From contig NZ_CP044205.1 in the NCBI RefSeq assembly GCF_009498235.1, positions 87,716 through 119,715 of the forward strand: DNA of 32,000 nt. The letters are read 5' to 3'. Shown piece after piece: positions 24,922 to 32,000 of this stretch. The stretch is from Candidatus Methylospira mobilis. GTDB lineage: Bacteria; Pseudomonadota; Gammaproteobacteria; Methylococcales; Methylococcaceae. Each line of letters opens with the position of its first letter. Within the stretch, counting starts at the first letter, position 1. Below the pieces are notes generated by a model, which saw only the letters and a list, made by a program, of their open reading frames with translations, had not been told where the DNA came from and made no database searches. The translations under genes were made by a program, and so were the position numbers.

Positions 24922-26223
24922 ATGCGTAAATACAAGAGAGCAGGACGAAGCGGACTGAAACAGTCTCAAAAAGTCGGACGGTCGCGTCTGGAACGGCCGT
25001 TGCATCGAGCTGCCGTTGCCCCACAACAAGCAATTGCGATTCTCGGACTGCTCTGCGCCTTTCCGCCGCTGGCTACGGATATGTATCTGCCTGCCTTTCC
25101 CCAGATGGCGCAAGCCTTCGGAGTCGGCGACGGGGCTATTCAAGCAACGCTGTCGATTTTCTTTATCGGTCTCGCGTTGGGTCAGGCTGTTTATGGGCCG
25201 CTGATCGATCGCTACGGACGCAGAATTCCGTTGCTGATCGGCATTGGCATCTACGTGCTGTCGTCGCTGCTGTGTCTTGTGACCTCGGATATAGCGCTTT
25301 TTACCGGTCTGCGCCTGCTGCAGGCGGTTGGCGGTTGCGCCGGAATGATCATAGGCCGCGCGGTAGTCAGGGACTTGTTCGACGAGTTTGAAAGCGCGCG
25401 GGTTCTTTCGCTGATGATGGTGATGATGACTCTGGCGCCTATCGTGGCGCCAGTGCTGGGCGGATTTATTCTGGCTGTGTCCGGCTGGCGGATGATCTTT
25501 GCCGTTATGCTGGCTTTCGGTATGGTCGGCGCGCTGCTCGTCTGGTTTGGCCTGCCTGAGTCGCTACCGCCGGGGAAGAGAAGGGCCGATAACCTGTCCA
25601 GTATTGCGCGCGTTTTTTGGCGGCTTTTGCGTACACGCGCCTTCATCATCCCCACTCTGGTCGGCGGGCTTGCTCAAGCCTGCATGTTCGCATTTATCAC
25701 CGGCTCTCCTTTTGTGTTCATGAATCTGTTCGGCGTCAGCGAGCAGCTCTACGGCTGGCTGTTCGGTTCGATCAGCGTTGGTCTTATCATCGCGGCCCAA
25801 TGCAATCGCTTCGCTCTTAAACACTGGAGTCCGGCAACTTTGCTCGGCGCAGCATTGATTCTTAATATCGTCGCGGGACTAGGGACGGTTATAGCCGCCG
25901 GCAGCGGCGTTCCGGTCTTCTTACTGATCCCGCTCTGGTTCGCCATCGCCTCGCTTGGCTTCATCGGCGCCAATGCGACGGCGATCGTCATGACGGCATG
26001 CGGTCAGCATTTGGGCAGCGGATCGGCGCTGATCGGCGTTCTGCAATTCGGCTGCGCTTTTCTGGTCAGTAGTCTGGTCGCAGCCGGGCAAAACGGCACG
26101 GCTTATCCCATGACCCTTGCCATAGCTGGTTCAGGCCTGCTGGCCGGCTTGTTCTGGCTGATTCCTGGCGGAGATAACAAGCTCATCGCGCCGGGCGGAC
26201 AAAAACGGCGGCATAAAACTTGA
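24922..26223 (+). CDS. MFS transporter, Bcr/CflA drug-resistance subfamily
   Basis: 'LATDMYLPAFPQMAQAFGV', 'GPLIDRYGRR' and about 12 hydrophobic segments. The true start is probably downstream of 24922, because the basic 40-aa leader is atypical. In-frame CTG 24988 and TTG 25000 are alternatives. Confidence 0.8.
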   Translation: MRKYKRAGRSGLKQSQKVGRSRLERPLHRAAVAPQQAIAILGLLCAFPPLATDMYLPAFPQMAQAFGVGDGAIQATLSIFFIGLALGQAVYGPLIDRYGRRIPLLIGIGIYVLSSLLCLVTSDIALFTGLRLLQAVGGCAGMIIGRAVVRDLFDEFESARVLSLMMVMMTLAPIVAPVLGGFILAVSGWRMIFAVMLAFGMVGALLVWFGLPESLPPGKRRADNLSSIARVFWRLLRTRAFIIPTLVGGLAQACMFAFITGSPFVFMNLFGVSEQLYGWLFGSISVGLIIAAQCNRFALKHWSPATLLGAALILNIVAGLGTVIAAGSGVPVFLLIPLWFAIASLGFIGANATAIVMTACGQHLGSGSALIGVLQFGCAFLVSSLVAAGQNGTAYPMTLAIAGSGLLAGLFWLIPGGDNKLIAPGGQKRRHKT

Positions 26224-26968
26224 GATGCAATGTATTCATGAAGATTCACGGTCTGCAACGCGCTTGCAAGAGTATCCATGTCGGCTCGATTTTTTCTTCC
26301 TTGCCCATCGGCATGACTGCGTCGTTAGCAGCCATCCATTGTTTTTCTTTATCTCATGAGCAACGGCTTCCGTGAGGCCTGTAACGTCGGCCACGAATTC
26401 AAAATATATGTCTGTTTCGGCAAATACGGGGCGTTTTTATTCGTCTAAAATTACCGGAAGGCACAGATACAAAGGCTTGATTAGTCCTGATTAGCAGGAT
26501 TCTTCAGCCAAATCGCATCGCATGGTCGTAATCGTCATTCCGACAGGGGGCGGCGGCCTCCAGGCCTCATGCAAGATTCGGCGTTTGCCGTCCATGGCTC
26601 TGGATACCCGCTTCCCGGCAGGCATGACAAACGTGCTGTTTTTGTTGACGAATTCCGCTAATCAGGTAATTAGTTATACCTTCTGCGCGGTAGCCGGCAT
26701 ACAGGCGCTTACTTCTGCGCACAGAGCCTGTTCGAAGCGTCGGTAGACAGGCTCGCCGCTTGCGAGAGTCCGTCGTCCAGAGAGGTAGCCCGCTGTGGAG
26801 CGGCACAGACGAGCCTCAACGGCTGGATACAGCGGTCTCTTTACACTCTGAGTCAGTGACGCCAACTCCGAGAGTTCATTAGTTATAAAAAATGTCCTTT
26901 AGTACAATGTCTGCTGAATCCGGGCAGGATCAATTTACTAAACTGAACTTAATGCAAACGGGTGAAAA

Positions 26969-28171
26969 GTGGGTAGGAAAGTTTTTTTCGGCAAATGTTC
27001 AGCGGAAGCGTATCGCCAGGCGCTCGGAATCGCCTTGCTGCTGTTTCTCAGTGCTTGCGAACGCGCTCCGGCGACATCGCCGGCCGTGCCTCCCTCAGTG
27101 GAGGTCATGCAGGCGATCCGGCAAGACGTACCCGTTTACAAAGAATGGGTCAGTACGCTGGATGGCATGGTCAATGCCCAAATCAGCGCCCAGGTGACCG
27201 GCTATCTTGTCAAGCAGCACTTCAAGGAAGGAGATTTGGTCAGGAAAGGTCAGTTGCTGTATGAAATCGACCCCAGAACCTTTCAGGCGACGCTGAATAA
27301 AGACAGAGCAACCCTGGCGAAGCAGGAGGCCGTTCTGAAAACCGCCAGCATAGAAATCCGGCGGATCGAGCGCCTGCTCCCTGAAAACGCAGTCAGCGTC
27401 AGAGACCGCGACACCGCCGCCGGCCGGGAGGCCAGCGCAACGGCGGAAGTGTGGGCGGCCAAGGCGACGGTGGTTCAGGCCGAACTCGACCTGGAGTTTA
27501 CCCGGATCAAATCGCCGATTAACGGCATCGTCGGCATATCCAAAGCCCAGATAGGCGATCTGGTGGGACCCACCAGCTCCAGCACTGCGCTGACCATCGT
27601 TTCCCAGGTCGATCCCATTCGCGCCTATAACTCGCTGAGCGAGCAGGAATACCTTTATTTTGCCCGTGAGCAGCTCCGCAACGGCGCGAGGGAGCCGCCG
27701 CAGGTCGAGCTGATTCTGGCGGACGGGTCGACCTACGAACACCGGGGAACCTTCTATTTCGCCGACCGGCAAGTAGACGCCAAAACCGGCAGCATCCAGG
27801 TGGCAGCGTTATTCCCGAACCCGCAACAGATTCTGCGGCCCGGCCAATTCGGCCGCCTACGCGCCAAGCTCGGTATGAAAAACAATGCGTTGCTCGTGCC
27901 TCAGCGTGCGGTATTGCAGATCCAGGATCGCTATCAGGTCGCAATTGTCAATCCGGACAGCAAAATTGCCATGCGTAACGTCACAGCAGGAGAACGGATC
28001 GGCTCGTTGTGGGTGATCGACAAAGGGATAGAGCCGGAGGATCGGGTCGTGGTTCAAGGTGTGCAGAAAGTCCGCGAAGGCATGGTCGTGACGCCTGCGC
28101 CCTATCATTTCTCAGAGGAATTGCCGAAGGCCGAAACGGCCGACAACAACGTCAGCACACCGCAGCAATAG
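26969..28171 (+). CDS. RND efflux periplasmic adaptor (membrane fusion protein, MexA/AcrA family)
   Basis: 400 aa with a GTG start. Lipobox 'FLSAC'. Typical MFP motifs: 'AQVTGYLVKQHFKEGDLVRKGQLLYEIDP' and 'TRIKSPINGIVG'. Confidence 0.85.
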   Translation: MGRKVFFGKCSAEAYRQALGIALLLFLSACERAPATSPAVPPSVEVMQAIRQDVPVYKEWVSTLDGMVNAQISAQVTGYLVKQHFKEGDLVRKGQLLYEIDPRTFQATLNKDRATLAKQEAVLKTASIEIRRIERLLPENAVSVRDRDTAAGREASATAEVWAAKATVVQAELDLEFTRIKSPINGIVGISKAQIGDLVGPTSSSTALTIVSQVDPIRAYNSLSEQEYLYFAREQLRNGAREPPQVELILADGSTYEHRGTFYFADRQVDAKTGSIQVAALFPNPQQILRPGQFGRLRAKLGMKNNALLVPQRAVLQIQDRYQVAIVNPDSKIAMRNVTAGERIGSLWVIDKGIEPEDRVVVQGVQKVREGMVVTPAPYHFSEELPKAETADNNVSTPQQ

Positions 28172-28181
28172 GCCGTCCACA

Positions 28182-31100
28182 ATGTCCAGCTTTTTCGTCA
28201 ACCGGCCGATAGTGGCCATAGTGATTTCCATTCTTCTGGTGCTGATGGGCGTGGTGGCGCTGATTCAATTGCCGGTCGCCCAGTATCCGGACATCGTTCC
28301 GCGGGAAATTCAGGTGTCCGCCACTTATACCGGCGCGGACTCCCTCACATTGGAGCAATCCGTAGCCACGCCGATCGAACAACAGATGGTCGGCGTTTCG
28401 CACATGAATTACATGTACTCCGTCAACGCCAACAACGGCGATATGACGCTGACCGTCAATTTCGACGTCGACACCGATTCCAATACCGATCTGATGCTGA
28501 CGCAAATGCGTGAAACCCAGGTTGCGGCGCAACTACCCACGGACGTGCAAAACTCCGGCGTGACCGTGCAGGAAACTGCGTCCACGCCGTTGATCATGTT
28601 CGCGCTGTATTCGCCCAACGGCTCCTATGACAGCACTTTCCTGGCGAATTACGCCTATATTAATATTACCGACCAGATGAAACGCGTGCCGGGCATCGCC
28701 CGCACTCAGGTGTTCGGCGCCGGCAAATACGCGATGCGTATCTGGGTCAAGCCGGATCAACTGGCCAAACTCGGCATCACCATACCCGAGATCACCGCCG
28801 CCATCACCGCGCAGAATACCGTCAATCCCGCGGGCAAGGTCGGTGGAGAACCGGTGCCGGCCGGCCAGGAATACACTTACGCCATCCGCGCCCAGGGCCG
28901 GTTGCTGAGCGAGGAGGAGTTCGGCAACATCGTGTTGCGCGCCAATGCCAACGGGTCGCTGGTGCGCATAAAAGATGTCGGGCGCATTGAGCTCGGCGCT
29001 CAGACTTACGACCAGATCGGAAGCTTCAACGGCAAACCCGCCGCCATGGTCGCCCTGTACCAACTGCCCGGCTCCAATGCGATGAATGCCGCGGATGGCG
29101 CAAAAAAACTCATGCAGGAGCTGAAACAGCGTTTTCCGTCCGATCTGGAATACGTCGTGGCGCTGGACACCACGCTGGCGGTCAGCGAAGGCATGAAGGA
29201 AGTCGTCAAGACGCTGTTCGAAGCGCTGACATTGGTGATCCTGGTGGTATTCCTGTTCCTGCAGGGCTGGCGCGCCACTTTGATTCCGCTGCTGGCGGTT
29301 CCGGTTTCGCTGGTCGGCACCTTCGTGATGTTTCCACTGCTTGGTTTTTCGCTTAATACCCTGTCCCTGTTCGGCCTGGTGCTCGCCATCGGTCTGGTGG
29401 TGGACGACGCCATCGTGGTCGTGGAAGCGGTGGAGCAGCATATCGAGAAAGGATTGCCGCCGAAGGAGGCGACGCTGAAAGCCATGTCGGAAGTATCGGG
29501 GCCGGTTATCGCGATTGCGCTGGTGCTGGTGGCGGTTTTTCTGCCCACGGCGTTTATTCCCGGCATCACCGGGCAGCTCTACAAGCAGTTTTCGATTACC
29601 GTCGGCGTGTCGGTGGTTATTTCCGCTTTCAACGCGCTGACCTTGAGCCCGGCGCTCGCGGCGCTGCTGTTAAGACCCCGGCAGCGCGGAAACAGCCCTG
29701 TGCAGAAGTTCTTCGACGCTTTCAACCGCCTATTCGGCCGGGTTACCGACGGTTATGTCGGATTTTGCGGCACATTGATCCGGAAAAGCCTGATCGGCAT
29801 GATTTTTCTGGTATGCGCTGCGGCGCTGGCGGGCCTGCTCGGGAGCCGTTCGCCCAGCGGATTTTTACCCGAGGAGGATCAGGGCTACCTATTCGCCGTC
29901 ATACAGCTGCCCGATGCATCTTCCCTGCAGCGTACCGGCGATGCCGCCAGGGAAGTGGAAGACATACTGGCTAACACGCCGGGCGTCGAATCCTATTCCC
30001 CGGTCGTCGGTTTCAATATGTTGAGCCAGGTAACCAACACCTACAGCGCCTTTTTCTTCATTACCCTTAAGGATTGGGGGGAGCGCACCAAACCCGAAGA
30101 GCAGTATCAGGCCATCGTCGGGCATCTGAATCAGGAGCTGGCGAAACTCAGGTCAGCGATAGGTTTCGCTTTTTCGCCGCCGGCCATCCCGGGTATCGGA
30201 ACTTCCGGCGGCGTGACTTTCCTGCTGGAAGATCGCGCCGGTAAAGACATTGAATTCCTTGCTCGGAACGTACAAAAATTTATAGACGCCGCCGGTAAGC
30301 GTCCGGAACTGGCAAGCGTCAGCACTACCTTTCTGCCGATTGTGCCGCAGTACTTCATCGAAGTTGACCGCGATAAGGTGCTTCGCCAAGGGGTAAGCCT
30401 GTCCGACGTGTACAAGACGCTGCAGACTTTCATGGGCAGCGGTTTCGTCAATTACTTCAACCGTTTCGGCCGGCAATGGCAGCTCTATGTGCAGGCCGAG
30501 GGGGAATACCGGACCGGCACCGAACAGCTCAGCCAGTTTTATGTCCTGAACTCCGACGGCAAAATGGTTCCGCTGGCTTCGTTGATCAAGGTGAAAAACG
30601 TCGTCGGACCGGAATTCACCATGCGCCACAACCTGTTCCGCAGCGCGCAGATCAATGCCCTTCCCGGCCCTGGTTACAGTTCCACCCAGGCCATGGCGGC
30701 CATGGAGCAGGTATTCGCCGAAACCATGTCGACCGAGATGGGCTTCGACTATATGGGTATGAGCTATCAGGAAAAAAAAGCTCAGCAAGGCGTTTCGTCA
30801 ACGGTTATTTTCGGCATGTCGCTGCTGTGCGTGTTTCTGATTCTGGCCGCGCAATACGAAAGCTGGAGTCTGCCGTTCGGCGTGCTGCTGAGTACGCCGG
30901 TAGCGGTGTTCGGCGCTTTTGCAGGTCTGAAGGCCGGCGGGTTTGAATATAATGTTTATGCGCAGATAGCGCTGGTGATGTTGATCGGCCTGTCGGCCAA
31001 GAACGCCATCCTCATCGTTGAATTCGCCAAAGCCGGTATGGAAGAGGGAAAAACCGCGACGGACGCGGCGCTCGACGCCGCAAAACTGCGTCTGCGCCCG

Positions 31101-31328
31101 ATACTGATGACCAGTTTTGCGGCGATACTCGGTTTCGTGCCGCTTGCTACGGCCAGCGGAGCCGGTTCGCTGGCGCGCCAGGTCACCGGCTTCGTATTGA
31201 TAGGCGGCATGCTGGCGTCGTCGTTCATTGCCATTTGCCTGGTGCCGGTTACCTTCTATGTCGCCGAAAATCTGATACGCCGCAGCGCCGTAACGGCGCC
31301 GAAGACCGAAGAGAATGCACATGAGTAA
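28182..31328 (+). CDS. RND multidrug efflux permease (HAE1, AcrB/MexB family)
   Basis: 1048 aa. The N-terminus 'MSSFFVNRPIVAIVISILLVLMGVVALIQLPVAQYPDI' and overall length and TM pattern are classic AcrB-like. Confidence 0.92.
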   Translation: MSSFFVNRPIVAIVISILLVLMGVVALIQLPVAQYPDIVPREIQVSATYTGADSLTLEQSVATPIEQQMVGVSHMNYMYSVNANNGDMTLTVNFDVDTDSNTDLMLTQMRETQVAAQLPTDVQNSGVTVQETASTPLIMFALYSPNGSYDSTFLANYAYINITDQMKRVPGIARTQVFGAGKYAMRIWVKPDQLAKLGITIPEITAAITAQNTVNPAGKVGGEPVPAGQEYTYAIRAQGRLLSEEEFGNIVLRANANGSLVRIKDVGRIELGAQTYDQIGSFNGKPAAMVALYQLPGSNAMNAADGAKKLMQELKQRFPSDLEYVVALDTTLAVSEGMKEVVKTLFEALTLVILVVFLFLQGWRATLIPLLAVPVSLVGTFVMFPLLGFSLNTLSLFGLVLAIGLVVDDAIVVVEAVEQHIEKGLPPKEATLKAMSEVSGPVIAIALVLVAVFLPTAFIPGITGQLYKQFSITVGVSVVISAFNALTLSPALAALLLRPRQRGNSPVQKFFDAFNRLFGRVTDGYVGFCGTLIRKSLIGMIFLVCAAALAGLLGSRSPSGFLPEEDQGYLFAVIQLPDASSLQRTGDAAREVEDILANTPGVESYSPVVGFNMLSQVTNTYSAFFFITLKDWGERTKPEEQYQAIVGHLNQELAKLRSAIGFAFSPPAIPGIGTSGGVTFLLEDRAGKDIEFLARNVQKFIDAAGKRPELASVSTTFLPIVPQYFIEVDRDKVLRQGVSLSDVYKTLQTFMGSGFVNYFNRFGRQWQLYVQAEGEYRTGTEQLSQFYVLNSDGKMVPLASLIKVKNVVGPEFTMRHNLFRSAQINALPGPGYSSTQAMAAMEQVFAETMSTEMGFDYMGMSYQEKKAQQGVSSTVIFGMSLLCVFLILAAQYESWSLPFGVLLSTPVAVFGAFAGLKAGGFEYNVYAQIALVMLIGLSAKNAILIVEFAKAGMEEGKTATDAALDAAKLRLRPILMTSFAAILGFVPLATASGAGSLARQVTGFVLIGGMLASSFIAICLVPVTFYVAENLIRRSAVTAPKTEENAHE

Positions 31329-32000
31329 AAGCGTATTCGTCGCAGTGCTGGCCGGATTACTGATTACCGGCTGCGCCATGGTCGGGCCGGATTACGAGCA
31401 GCCCAAGGTCGCCATGCCGTCCAAATGGCGCTTCAGCGACAGCGAAGCGCGGGAAACGGTCAATACGCTTTGGTGGAAGGAATTCAATGATCCGATGCTC
31501 GATCGCTTGATCGAACGCGCGGTCCGCAACAATCTCGATCTTCAGAAAGCCATCGCCGCTGTCGAGAAATTCATGGGCGCGTACGGCTCGACCCGCGCCA
31601 ATCTGTTCCCGCAGATTTATGGAACGGCTAGTTATTCCCGCCTTAATAATGGCATGAACCAGCTTGGGGGGAATCTGCCGGGCGGCCTCTCGTCGAGTAG
31701 CGGCGACATCAATTATGCCCGCCTGGGAGCGACCATGGAGTGGGAAATCGACCTGTGGGGCCAGCTGCGCCGCGCCAGGGAGGCGGCCCGCGCCGACCTG
31801 CTCGCTCAGGAAGCCTACCGGCGGACTGTGCTGCTGACTGTCGTCAGTCAGGTCGCCATTACCTACGTGACGTTGCGGGAGCTGGATTGCGATCTGGAAA
31901 TCACTCGAAACATCATGAAAACGCTGGAAAGCGAGCTGCGGATAGCGCGTTCCCGCTTCAGGGAAGGCTACAGTTCGGAATTGGAAGTGAACCAGGTCGA
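31321..32000 (+). CDS. RND efflux outer-membrane factor lipoprotein (NodT/OprM family), 3' truncated by the window end
   Basis: Not in the ORF track because it has no stop in the window. ATG 31321 overlaps the permease stop (ATGAGTAA). My translation is 'MSKSVFVAVLAGLLITGCAMVGPDYEQPKV...WWKEFNDPMLDRLIERAVRNNLDLQ', which has a lipobox and the NodT N-terminal signature. Confidence 0.85.
   Translation, partial: MSKSVFVAVLAGLLITGCAMVGPDYEQPKVAMPSKWRFSDSEARETVNTLWWKEFNDPMLDRLIERAVRNNLDLQKAIAAVEKFMGAYGSTRANLFPQIYGTASYSRLNNGMNQLGGNLPGGLSSSSGDINYARLGATMEWEIDLWGQLRRAREAARADLLAQEAYRRTVLLTVVSQVAITYVTLRELDCDLEITRNIMKTLESELRIARSRFREGYSSELEVNQV

Noticed and set aside
24772-25143. A 123-aa minus-strand ORF spanning the junction between the AT-rich island and the MFS gene.
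   Set aside because: It overlaps the ends of two better-supported + strand genes, and its translation has no recognisable features. The overlap more likely reflects uncertainty in the MFS start.
26224-26520. A minus-strand reading frame giving '...DIYFEFVADVTGLTEAVAHEIKKNNGW...', which looks vaguely like a fragment of a small antitoxin-like protein.
   Set aside because: It has no ATG, only a possible GTG giving about 52 aa. The C-terminal half is basic low-complexity sequence, and I could not match it to a family. It is at best a gene remnant.
28152-31379. Minus-strand ORFs of 126-302 aa inside the RND permease (for example 28533-29441, 30153-30788, 30798-31379).
   Set aside because: They are antisense to an unmistakable AcrB-family gene. 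Their composition (His/Arg/Gln/Gly-rich) is characteristic of GC-rich antisense frames.
1-32000. CRISPR arrays, rRNA or tRNA genes, prophage modules and toxin-antitoxin pairs.
   Set aside because: No regularly spaced direct repeats, conserved RNA gene signatures, or small paired ORFs were found anywhere in the window.

Overview
All convincing genes are on the + strand. There are three blocks.

(1) 1-16753: a type VI secretion system (T6SS) core locus. The genes are tightly packed and often translationally coupled. Order: tssK (5' truncated by the window edge), tssE, a gp27/OB-fold VgrG-like gene, a separate Thr/Ser-rich beta-helix 'spike' ORF, tssF, tssL (DotU), an orphan 120-aa ORF, tssG, a tssA-like gene, a DUF4280 (PAAR-like) gene, a divergent acetyl-CoA-synthetase/ANL-like ORF with degenerate catalytic motifs, clpV/tssH, tssM and tssJ. 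tssB, tssC and hcp are not in the window and are presumably upstream.

(2) ~16.8-24.8 kb: a visibly AT-rich island directly after tssJ, with four large orphan ORFs (790, 550, 578 and ~495 aa). No small immunity-type, adaptor, integrase or transposase ORFs were found. By motif reading, the ORFs look like a membrane-hairpin/coiled-coil protein, a CE-clan (Ulp1/YopJ-like) cysteine-protease candidate, a DUF2235/Tle1-like GxSxG hydrolase, and a protein-kinase-like-fold candidate. The 550-aa gene is bracketed by two inverted copies of a ~190-200 bp MITE-like repeat. This island is the best candidate for a new, possibly eukaryote-directed, T6SS effector set.

(3) 24.9-32 kb: GC-rich efflux genes. These are a Bcr/CflA-type MFS transporter and an RND tripartite operon (adaptor, HAE1 permease and a NodT-type outer-membrane factor truncated at the window end).

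No rRNA, tRNA or CRISPR array was seen. All functional calls come from by-eye motif and family recognition plus gene context, with no database search.
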